A DNA stretch of 64,000 nucleotides from Octopus bimaculoides (lineage: Eukaryota), in assembly GCF_001194135.2 (NCBI RefSeq), contig NC_068992.1, forward strand, positions 66,152,050 through 66,216,049, given 5' to 3'. Under the pieces are notes generated by a model. It was not told where the DNA came from, searched no databases, and saw only the letters and a program-made list of their open reading frames with translations. Positions within the stretch are counted from its first letter, which is position 1, and each line of letters opens with the position of its first letter. The position numbers and the translations under genes were made by a program. Below, piece by piece: positions 15,701 to 28,400 of the stretch.

Positions 15701-16371
15701 TGGAATTTGAACTCAGAACGTAAAGACAGATGGTGCAAACGATGGTGTTGGTTGTGTTGGTATTAATGGAATGGTTGTGATGGACATAGAATAACGTTAC
15801 GACAACAACAACAACAACTACAAGACTGTGCACTGAACCTTTGCAATATCAGGATCCGATGCAATGAAATTCACAAAAGTCGCCATTTCTTCCTCACTGT
15901 TGAGCAATCCTTCATCCATGTTGACATCAAGGATTTGTGCACCGTTGGCCACTTGGTCTTTGGCAACTGAAAGCGCATTCTGCAACAACATCAACACAAT
16001 GAATATAAATTAAGTCACAAATCAACAACAACAACAACATGAAGAAAATTTGAGCAAGAATCATCTTTCCCCATCCCTTGAAAATGCTAGCCCCATACCA
16101 TAAATATATCTAGGCCTCACCTCATAATCTTGTTTCTTTATAAGATTCGAAAATCTCTTCGACCCAGCCACATTACATCTTTCCCCAATGTTAACAAAAT
16201 TGGTGTAGGGTCCAATGACCATCGGTTCCAAACCTAGAAATACAAATACAAAAACCAAAAACAGTGAAACAAAGCGAAATAAAAGAGAAGACAGCAACAA
16301 CAACAATTAAAAGGTTAGCAGCAAAGTTTCCATATCTTGTTTCCTATGCTATTATAATAATATTTAGCAGA

Positions 16372-16411
<40 letters not shown>

Positions 16412-19400
16412 TAAACTATTTCTTTCTTTATCTCAACCCAAAGTCTGTGTGCTGGTTGTCTTGGTATGCAAATTTTCAATATTTACATTTGAAATCATTA
16501 TAAAACAGATTTATACATCAATATATCTTTTATTCCTGATATTCTTTTATTCTTTTGTTTGTTTGTTATTTGACTGCGGCCATGCTGGAGCACTGCCTTT
16601 AGTCGAGCAAATCGACCCCAGGACTTATTCTTTGTAAGCCTAGTACTTATTCTATCGGTCTCTCTTGCCGAACCACCCTGTTGTCAAGCGATGCTGGGAG
16701 GACAAACACAGACACACAAACATACACACACACACACACACAACAGACACATGCGCATGCACACACACAAACACATCTATGAACCCCTCACTGGAAATGT
16801 AAATAGAAACACCAGTCAACATACCTGATAGCTGTGTATATGAAGGGCTCAAGGGAATGGAACGCTGCCTTGGTGCTAAGCCTTTCATAGCCTCAGCAAT
16901 GGCCCTGGATAATGAGATAATTGCAAACTTTGTTACAGTTGGACTACACCATATATATTTATATATAAACTACAATGAACAACAGTGAACTCCAGTAAAC
17001 AACAATGAACCACAATGAACCACTGTATAAACTGAAGAATTATGGAACACCAATAAACACCAGAGAACCACTTCATTCTGCTTCACTGATTCTATGATAA
17101 AGATTATAAAGTTAAAATAATGAGGTGACATCAAAAGAGAGCCCAAACCTTATGTGCGCAGGAGTCGAGCCACAACATCCTCCGATAATATTTACAAGTC
17201 CATCCTCAGCAAAAGACTGAAAGACAAAACATACATCATTCATACATATTGGGTGTTTATATATATATATATATCATCATCATTATCATTGTCTAACATC
17301 CACCTTCCATGGTGGCATGGGTTACATGTGTGCATGTGTGTGTGTGTGTGTGTACAGCAATGTAGAAAAACAGTGGCAGGATTTGGAGAGAGGTAGATTG
17401 AGATGTAGATAAAGAGAATGACCAGAGAATGTTAGGAAGATGATTGGAAGAGAGAAAGATGCACACATGCATGCACATGCACATAATATGAAGATATTAG
17501 AAGCACTGAAGAATTGTTTTAACAAATAAAAGATTGACTGTAAAAACAGAAAGTTATTGAAATAACTTTTAGGATTTGGTCTACATTTTTTTTTACCAAA
17601 TTTGGAATCTATAATGATAAATTATTAGATTGGTTGACTCCCAAATTAGTAAAAGATTACAAACCTTTAAGTTAGCTGCCATCATTTCTTCAGTCTCATC
17701 ATATTCACCAAATGCATTTGGTAAACCTTCACACAGATGAATTAAACAAATATTATATACACATTCATATTTATATATGTATATACATATGATGTATAAA
17801 ATACAGAAAACTAGTATGGTATTCAAAGCTTTATAGAACACACACTTGTTTCACCAAATTACTGTCATGATTACATAAATACTGAAACATTATATAAACA
17901 GGATTTTCTACACCTGAAGAATTTCAGTAATGGTCTGGAATTTGACAGTGTTGATAGCCCAGAACTCGGGTTGAGCACTTCTCTGGAAATACCCTACCTT
18001 TATACTCTTCTTGGACATAAGGTGTGTGTGTGTATACCAGAATAAGCACATAAATGTGAAACAAGATGGGAAAAATAGTACTCAAATACCAGAGGTAGAG
18101 TAATATGCTTTATCAAAAAGCAGCAAAAATATCACAAAAACTGTTACTCAGAGTTTCACGTTCCCGTTCATTGGACAGTTTTGTTTAGAACTCTAAACAA
18201 AACTGTCCAATGAACGGGAAGATGAAACTCTGAGTAACATCCAAATGGTGACAAAGGTGTATATTTGGGGGGGAGATCAATATTAACCACACCTGAACAG
18301 ACTTACCTGCATTAGGGTAACAGATGACAAAAGCCTCAGAGTTTTTGGAAATGATTTCAATGAAGGGTCTCATAAGCTGGGCCCCTAAGGAACAGTTCAG
18401 CCCTAAACTGGGATTCAAGAAACAAAACAAAAACAATAAAATAAAGAAATACGTTAATACAAACAGGGTTAAGCAACCACAACAACTCAGTTATCAATTT
18501 TGTTGTTGTTGTTGTTGTATACAAGTGTGTCTATGAGGGGGTAATGAGGAGGGGGGAGGGCAGAAATGAGTTGCAAACATCTGATATTTACAATAAAAAC
18601 GTCACCAAAGAGAGAGGGAGCCAAAAGAGGGTGGTGAACATCATTATAGTTGAAGACAGGGGATAAAGGGGGAAGGGAGGAGGAGAGATACAGACAGACA
18701 GAAAGTGAGATATATAGAGAGAAAATGGAGTAGAGAGAAAGAGAGAGACAATGGGGTCGAGAGAGAGAAAGAGAGATAGAAAAAGAGAATGAGAATGGTT
18801 AGAGAGAGAGAGAGGGGGGAAAGGAAGTGAGAGAGAGAAAGAGGGAGAAAGAAGAATGTTGGAATGGTGTTGGGAAAAGAAGGAAGATAAGAACGAAGAA
18901 GAAGAAGAAGAGAAGGAAATAATCTTACCACATTGGATTGGTGTGAGATACGCTAATCATGAAGGCTTCTGTTGTTTGTCCTGATAATGTCCGACCACTC
19001 AAGTCAACAATGGTACCACTTACCTGAAGAAAGGAATCACAAGTTTACAATTCTGAGATAAACTTCCAAAATTAGGAATTCTTTGTTTTTAGAAAATTGG
19101 GGCAAAGTTTCTTGGCCCAAAACACAAATAAATATATATTCAAGATCCATATTCACTGTGCTCAATGGTGAACAAGATATCTTGCCAACCATGAAGTAGC
19201 AGGTTCAATTCCAAGAAGAAGCAAGACTGGGTCAGTGTTTTTATCACAGTTTCAGGTTGATTAAGGCAATGCAGGTAAAACTGGGGTAAATGGATTCTGT
19301 TATAGAAACCTGTTGAGTAGATTTTACCTGTGATTCAAAGATCCAGTTTTGTCAGACTGTGTCATCCTGATTCCATCCAAAATTCTACGGTTGATTCGTT

Positions 19401-22400
19401 TGACAAAAATTCCTCAACATGGTGCTCCAGAATGGTCACAGTCCAATGAATAAAACAAATAAAAAGATGAAGAAAAAAAAAGCATAGAGGCAATGCACAT
19501 GAACCGTGGACTCTTCAGTCCTCAGTCATTAGTCTAACAGACTAACGACTTACCCAGATATGTATGAGACAGATGTAGACATCACTCTTGGATTAAAGAA
19601 ATCTGCTTTGGGAATACATGGCTTGAGGTTAATCCAGTTGCCTGACACCTTGAGCATGTTCTTCAGCTCCAGACACAGGTTGACCATGATTGGTGGTCAG
19701 GGTTCAATTCATCAGAAATGAATTAGTTTCTGATGGACTGACCCCTGTATTTTGTACACAAAATAATGAAATAAGGGAATTGATTAAAACTTACAAAAAT
19801 TGGACATTGTCTGTTTGTTTCTTCAAACAATTCATCAAGGGCAAAAAATGCTGCCTAAAATAAAACAAACTTCTTATTAGAAATCATTATTTATTATTAT
19901 CAGTACCATTATCATCATCATCATTCTCCATCCTTATTGCAGCCCCTATTTGTTCCATGTACTTCTCACGATTTTTGCTCACTGTTCCCAGGGCTCCGAC
20001 AATTATTGGTACCACTACCACCTTTTTCATCGACCACAACTGCTTAACTTCCCAAGCTAACCTGTCATATCTTTCGACTTTTCTTTTTTCCTTATCGCAT
20101 ACCTTGTTGTCAGCTGGGCATGTTATATCTATGATCCAGCTTAGTTTGTTTTCTTTCTCAATTAAGACTATGTCTGGCTTCGTATTCTCAATATCATGGT
20201 CACACTGAATCATAAAATCCCATAGGATCTTTGCATTTCTATTTTTGATGATGCCTTCAGGTTTGTGGTCATACTAATTTTTTGCTCTGTCAAGTGCATA
20301 CTTGTCGCAAAGTGTCCAAAGGTCAAGTCTGGCCATATTGTCGTGGCGTCTTACCAAACTCTTATCAAACAGCAAGGAAAAAACTTCTCCACATCTCAAA
20401 TGACAGGGTCTTTCCTCAAAAACTCTCGGCTGCCCTGGCCAATGTCTGGGATAAACTGACCCCTGGGTACCAACAAAGATACTAACGAACTCTATATTCA
20501 CATGATAAACAAAGCAAAGAATGAGATGAAGATAACAGGTTGGTCAGGTGTGTGTCACACATCTCACCAGTGGTCAGTACCACTGCAAGAGGTCAATACC
20601 ACAGCATTTGGGCAGAGTAAAAGATGTCGTTGACTATGTTTGACTGTTGGCTGGTCATCACTGTCAGGAAAGGGGCAGGAAGTTCAGGAAATGCTGAAAT
20701 AACCAAGAAACATTCAGTTTTATTTCATGTGATCCCTTTAAAGGGATTCTGAAGTGATGGGGGAGAAGCGTCGAGGGATTTATGTTCAAACAAGGGACCT
20801 GGTTTGAATGCATGAATCTGAGTGGATTCACTAAAGACACCCAGGGTACCAGGTAATGGTGGGTGGTGGACGTGGCGGCAGCGGTGGTGGTGGTGGTGGT
20901 GGTGGCAGCGTTGGGTGACAGATGAAGTGCATCATCTGAGTAGGCCATGGAGAGATTTGAACTCAGAATGAAAGGAACCAAAACAAATACCAGAAGGCAC
21001 CTACTCCGATATTGTTCAGTTCTGCCAATTCGCTGAACTGAATGTGTATCGACCCCAAAAAGACGAACAGCAAGGATACCATTGGTGGGATGTGACCTGA
21101 GCAACAGAGACAAAAGAGATAAACACCACAAGGTACTTTATCCAAGTCAAAATTTTCAGTCACTCTCTCTCTCTTTCTGTCTCTCACTCCCCTCTCTCCT
21201 TCTTTCAATCTGTCTGACTGCCTCTCTCTTTCTCTCGCCCTCTGTCTCTAGCTCTCTCTCTCTCCTCTCACTTACTCTCTCACCTTGGCATTTGCTGTAT
21301 CAAATATGGTTTCCACCAGAAACACATCGACCCCTCCATCCAATAAACCCTGAGCTTGTTCTTTATAAGCTGCCACAAGTTGATCAAAAGCTGAAGAAGA
21401 ACAAAACGTAATTAAATTAATCATCAGATCTTATCAAACCTTTCAAGCAGTTTCTTCTCTTTTAATAAACTGTTTCTATTTACATTTCACACACAATTCC
21501 GACATAATTTTCATTAAAACAGAACAAAAATATTTTTGAAGTTTAGAAGAAAACATTAAATGAAGAGGGTGACACTTTATTCTGATGAAGGAAATTAAAG
21601 TCTGAGAAACAAACTAGGGACAGATTGTGTTGGCACAAATAGATAATGGTTGATAATAAGTATGGAGATGTACTTGCATAGCAAGTGACCTGATCTGAGA
21701 TATCGTGTGCTGGAACAAAAACAATTGCAGCGTGGAAGGTGTTTATAAGCCATTTAAGAAACACACAAAAACCGTTAGATTCACTTCAATATATAAATTT
21801 AATTTGCCAAAATATTTTCATCGCTTTCAGACTGCGACATGTCCACTGACAAAATTCCGTGCTGCTGCGTCAGTGAATAGGCCGCAGTCTCAAACATGAC
21901 CNNNNNNNNNNNNNNNNNNNNNNNNNNNNNNNNNNNNTATATATATATATATATATATTTCTTTATTGCCCACAGGAGGCTTAAACATAGAGGGAACAAA
22001 CAAAGACAAAGGGATTAAGTCGATGTAATCGACCCCAATGCATAACTGGTACTTATTTTATCAACCCCGAAAGGATGAAAGGCAAAGTCGACCTTGGCGG
22101 AATCTGAACTCAGAACATAATAGCAGACGAAATACCGCTAAGCATTTCACCTAGCGTGCTAACGATTCAGCCAGCTCACACAAAGTACACACACACACAC
22201 AGTAATCCCTCGACTATCGTGGGTGTTACATTCCAAAGCCTCCCATTGAAATAATTCAAATCTTAAAAAAATATAAATTCCTATCAGCCGCAGAAACTCA
22301 CGATATACAGAGAAGTCCACAATATAAATTAACATATATTAGCCAGAATAATCTGCAATGTACTCAGTGCATGATAAGTGAACCACGATGTACTGAGTGA

Positions 22401-25400
22401 TAAGCGAACCATGATATAGCAAAAGATTACTTTGTGAATGTATATACATGTATGTAAAAAGTTTGTTATAGGCATGTATAAGATAAAATCTTATATAAAG
22501 CACCACTAACAATTAGAAAAATGGAGAAGAGAAGATGTTGAAGGTTTAATTAAGAATTTAATTTTCACACACGACCATTTTGAATGATAACACCAACATG
22601 TAAGAAAAAACATTAATTATAATAATAATTAAATTAGTTATGTATGCATGTATATTATACACACACATATACATACATATACTAATATCCTTGATCAGGG
22701 ATAATTCTTAACAGACGGAATCTTTACTCAAAGACATTTGCTCCACATGCTCAGCTATTCCAGAGACAGCTGCAAGACTCTTTAGGGATTATTTCTTCAT
22801 CTCTTATTTACTCTAAAAACTTAGCAATTATGTTTTAATTATAAATTAAATGCTTGAAAGTGATACCACATAGTTTGCTTGTCCGTTCCCCTCTTCCTAA
22901 AACACACACACACACAGAAGTGTGTGTGTGTCTTTATCTATGTATGTATGTATGATGCAAAAACAATGTATAGAATCACAATAAATAGAGAGAGTGCATT
23001 TCACATATACACACACACACAATCACACAGACTGCTATATTTTGCCTGGTGATTGTGACCATTCTTTCTCTTTTGGTGCCATTACTTACTGATGGTTCTC
23101 AGTTCTGGTTGTTCCACTGATGGAGAGAGAGAGAGAGTTTTATTGGTAGGACCAATTGCTCCAGCGACATAACGCTGTATTCCTGCAATAAAACAAACAC
23201 ACAAGACACAAGAATGGCATGAATAATAAATGAACCATATTTCAATAAATATGAATTATTTCTGTGGAAACAAAAACACAAAATAAAGAATTATTAACAT
23301 TCATTAAAAATTAACAAAGAAAACATTATTTTGGCTTGTTTTCAGTTATGGCAACTGTGAGAGTTGTGTGAGATTGCAAATGGTGCCATGATCAAGATTT
23401 TACAGCTAAGTCTACCTTGAAAGATGTAAGAAGAATAAGAGTAGGTTGGCTTCACTGGCCATGATCAACATGGGGCTGGCAGTGGGGGTTGGCAGCAACA
23501 GTTTCATGAAGGTGGTGGTGGTGATGGTGGTGTTGAAAGCAGCAGTGTTGGTAGTGGTGGTGGTGGTGGTGGGATGAAGGTGGAAGTTGTAATGATGATG
23601 GTGGTGATGGTGGGTGACTCCACCATCCTAAAATCTCATTAAACATACATTAATTACTACCATAATTAACAAACAGAAACAGCACAAATCTAATAGAATT
23701 ACCTGTTTCTCGAAACACGTTATCTGCCGCAGCCCTTGCTAGTTTTGCCGATTCAGAATTCATTTTATAAACCTACAAAATATTAAAATTAAACATCTTT
23801 CATTTCCCAGAATTAGTAATAAGCCACAAAATGTAATAAGCCATGGTTTGCAATAACCTTTGGAATGTAATAACTGCTGGGATGTAATGACCTCTGGTAG
23901 TGGCGGTGACATCATCATCATCCATTCACATCCAGCTTCCATATTGGCATAGGTTACGTAATTGAACAGGCTCTGATGAGTCAGAAGATGCATCATGCTT
24001 TAATGTCTACTTTGACATTATTTCTACAGCTTAATTAGCTTACTTTATCCAAAACAAGTTTTAACATAAAGCATGTATCTTTAAAGGTTTCATCAAGTTT
24101 CTTCTTTGAGATAAATCTGTAAGAATTCTGCACAAATCCACAGACCTAGAGACTAAACCTGATATTACCACATTAATAAGGACACGTGATGTAGCCAGTG
24201 CATTATCCCCATCCATAGGGAAACCAACACATTTTAGAAGTAGAATTAAATATCCTGAGCCCAGATATTGTAAGGATATGAACCGTTTCCAGGGTTAAAA
24301 GATGGGGACAGAACTCCCAGGTTGTCTGAATTAATTTGTATCTCTCTTCCTTGTTTTCTGCAAGAAATAAAGTCTTAAAGCTTCTCTTTCCTCCTCACAG
24401 TTCAGCTGCTGAACTGAGGCAATCATCCATAAATCTCGTGACCCCACAAAAGACCAGAAATTACCCAAGCAGTCAGTTCTCCCTCTCCACGCCACCAAAG
24501 TTGTCCAAGAGAAAGTTAATAGTTACCATTTCAGTAAAAGACAAAGACAAGTCAATGGAATTAAGTTAATGGTAACAGAGAACCATAGATAATACTTACA
24601 AGATGTTCCAGGCCGTAGTCAGCCTGGGCAATTTTGGTTCCATTGAATGTGTTGGTTTCAGTAATATCTGCCCCAGCATCCAGGTAAGACTTTTATTTTG
24701 GGTGAAAATATGAAAAAATAATATAATTATAAACATGTATGTTAGTGTGTGTGTAAGTTATGTAAATGCAATAATGGAAAGAGGAATTTTATTAACATTT
24801 TGGATGTTAGTCCTTCATCAAAAAAAAGAGAGAATTGTAAGCTCATAAGGGGAATGAGTGAAAGAGAGAGGGATATCGTTCCGTATGCAAGACAAACAGA
24901 AGAACTGGGAGAAAGATAGAGAGAGAAGGAGGAAAAAAGGAAGCAGTTTGTTTTGTTACTTTATGTATAGCACTGAGAGACAGACAGACAGAGCTATATT
25001 CTTTTACCTTACGTATGCCAGAGATGGAGCAGGGACAGACAAAGAGACAAACAGTGAGGGAGAGAGAAAGATGGAGGTATATATATATATTTTTTTACCT
25101 AATGTATGTCAGAAAGAGAGAAAGACAAACAGACAGACAAAGAGGGGGGAGGAGTTAGAATAAGCGAGAGAAAGAAATGGAGAGGTAATACGTTGTTACC
25201 TTGTGTATGTTATAGATAAGATCTGGTTGAGTTAGAGTGAGGACATCGTTATTGCCCTGAAGAGGTTTTATGGGATCAGGAAACAGAGTTCCACGGAAAT
25301 CCTCTTCAACCAATGAATGTTTTTGGATCATTGTTCCCATGGCACCATCAAGTATCATTATTCTTTGCAGAAGTGTTTCTTGAATTTCCTGAGAAGCATC

Positions 25401-28400
25401 TAGAATAGAAAAGAAATGAAAGTGGGTGAGGTGAGGTATGGGGAGTAAGGGCTGCTGCTGCTGCTGCTTAATTCCATCCTACTCCTGATTCCATTGACCT
25501 AAGGTCAAAGACATTTCAACTGTGGCTATTTTGTTTTTTGTTTTGTCTGTCTGTTGTAACAACTTGAGATTTGTCCCCTAAAATCACACCAAGATCTATA
25601 ACCTGTAACATATACTCCCATAATCAGCTTCCTTAATCCCATAATCAACTTCCTTAAAAGCCAATTATAGCATTTCGACATTTGGCATGTTGAGGAACCC
25701 TCCCCTTCCAGGAATGTAATCAGTCTCTCACAGATAACTTGTTCCATGACCTTGCTGATATGTAAAATTAGAAAGACAGGTGAGATAGGTCTGTAATTTT
25801 TGACATCTGCTATATTTCTTCCTTTATGAATAGAACATATTTCTTCTGTGAAGCTTATCCAAACACCTGAAAGACCCTTCACTCAGACAAATACAGGAAT
25901 ATGTCCACATAAATTAAACAACCCCGTATTAAATAAGGAATACACATAGAAAGTAGTGATACCCATAATATATACATATGTAGGTACATTAGGCTGTCGT
26001 TTATGTGTGTGTAGGTAAATGGACATGCAAGTTAACAGATACATAGGTAAGTAGATAGATAGGTACATAGGTAATATGGACAGACAAGCGTGCACACGCA
26101 CACACAGAGAAAAGGAGACGGAAACACATGACCATATACACACACATTCCACACACGCGGATACACACAAAGACATATACATCCATACATAACAGACACA
26201 TGTACATAGTCACACAGACCCATACACATAGACACACTCAAACATGCACACACTCAAACATGCACACACAAGGAGACAGAGGTACACACACATGCGCATA
26301 CATACAAACACACAAATCCAGAAATACAACAACACGAGGAATAACGGTAACAACAGATCAATAGTTTATTCTAGGTTGGTGTAGAGCCGTTTCGTTCCTG
26401 AGTGAATAGGCATGCCGCTAGAATACCAAAGAAGCTTCGACCACATGTCGGGGTCGAGTTAAGAAATACGTGTTGTCACCACTGCTGCTAGAGAGAAAAG
26501 AGATACGTGTTGTCACGACGCCTGCTTGAGAGAAAACGAGATCGGACCCTACAGCTTTCTCTCCACCTGTTGCATTGCGCATGCGTGCTCGGGTACTTCT
26601 GCTGACGGCAAGTCCCTTGCACATGCGCAATGGTACTTTCCAAGATGGCGGCCACACGCGCCACTAAATCCCCACCAATCAACCCAGTTAGCTGTTCCTG
26701 GTTCCTGGCATTCTCAGTTGTCCTAGAAAAAGAATTCATTCTTTGAATCTTATGTAAAGTAAAGGATTGGACAAAGTTACCAGAACCATCAGAGGCGTGC
26801 AGTTGAAGTACGAAAATCCCCTGGGTCCTTCTCTCATTCAACTCCACCACCTTCGGAAGTAAGTTTCTCACTGCCAAACCAACGCCAGATTCTCTAGTCT
26901 TGCCTAAGCTTTTTCCTTAGCAAAAAAATGTATTCTCTCTCTATCTCCCTTCTCACCCTCTCTCTTTCTCTCTCTCCATCACATAGAGTTCCTAATTCTA
27001 CAAGAGATGTGCCTCTTATAATGTCACAATGGCCACAAGAAATTTTAGCAGTTCCCCATTAATCAAAGCTGTCTTTTCCTGTGTCACTGATCTTCAAGAG
27101 GTTATTTGACAGTCCAGTGCTGGTGGCCTGTACTTTCTAATATCCTAACCTGAGAGATGGCTTCTTCTTTTGTCTTCTTGTTGTGCTTGGTGAAGTGTAT
27201 ACCATCTGCAATTCAGGTTACTTGTATCCCCAAGCTCCACAAACCCAGAAAGGCAGACAAGCTGCAGTGAGACAACACACAGTTGGCTGGGATCTGCCCA
27301 GCTTGAGACTGGCAGTAACTGTCCAGTGAAATACAAAGGCTTCACTTCCATTAAAAACTGCTTCTGGTCCTTAGAGGCAGGGCCAATTTGAGGGCAAGTT
27401 TATAACCAATGATCTGCAGTTTCCCATATTGTGTATTCGTGGTGAGGCAACGCTGGAGCGTTCTCACCAGGACACAGACCCATGCAGCAGGCCTCCTCTC
27501 TCCACACCACAAAAATCATCCAGGGAAAGGGTAAGGGTGCCAGTCACATCTTGGCACCAGTGTTGTCCCAGAAGTTGCCAGGACAAAGGTGAAAACAATG
27601 TTGGCAGATCTTTCCTTGGGTTTTACTCCTGAACCCTTTTCCGTAAGTGGAGCAGATATTTAAAGTCAGAGTTTGCCCTTTCTTCGATAAACTACTTTCC
27701 CAGGCTGACGAGTTTTAAGGCACCAAAACCTCACTTCACCCTTTTTCTAGTCAATACCCCAGTTCCCCAGGATTTGGACTTTGTTGTGATGGTCTTTTTG
27801 AGGTACTTGCCATGAGGAGCACTTCTTAGTAATATAAATCACCAACATCTCCTCAACCACTCCGGCTTCACTAAGATACATAAACAAGGCAAAACAAGTG
27901 TTATATTTAGTTGAAACAAAAAACGCTAATTTATCGGCTAAATTTTAGTCGAAAATTTCCGACTAAGTTTTTTTTTTAAATAATAATAATACGCGGTTTT
28001 AGATTTAAAAATACTTAATTGCCGACACCATGGAAGCCCGAGGGATGACCTCTCGTCGAATGCATATATAATCAAAGGTGTTCCGAGTGGGACCATCCAA
28101 TTTGTTCTAGGCATAGTAGACACCGAAGTATAGTACACAATAGTACTTTTTTTCGTAGAATGGTTGTGTGGTTTGAGAGAAATTTGGCTGCTATTTCTAG
28201 TATGTCGCACGACCATGTACAGGGTCCTGCCTTGTCTCGTTCACCTGTAATTCTGCTTCCAGGGAAAACGCGATAATAAAATGATTATAGAATTCCATCG
28301 ACCAAACTTTCAATCGTCTTCGATGATTTTATCTGGTGAATAATCAGTTTTTCTCAATATACGCTGGCAGATTCGTTAGCACGCCGGGCGGTATTTCGTT

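Noticed and set aside
21582-21610. CTGATGAAGG...GAGAAAC hammerhead-like string; similar partial cores at 23973, 31729 and 32240-32310
   Set aside because: No stem I complementarity or no correctly spaced GAAA/UH; chance or too decayed to call.
25497-25514. Alternative MTR first exon ATGTCTTTGACCTTAG|gtcaat
   Set aside because: The phase fits, but the donor is weak and the context is not promoter-like; the 28728-28758 exon has a strong donor. Not fully excluded.
26645-26726. Plus-strand gene starting at the YY1-like AAGATGGCGGCC
   Set aside because: The ORF closes after 26 codons, before the next donor; no downstream plus-strand exons found.
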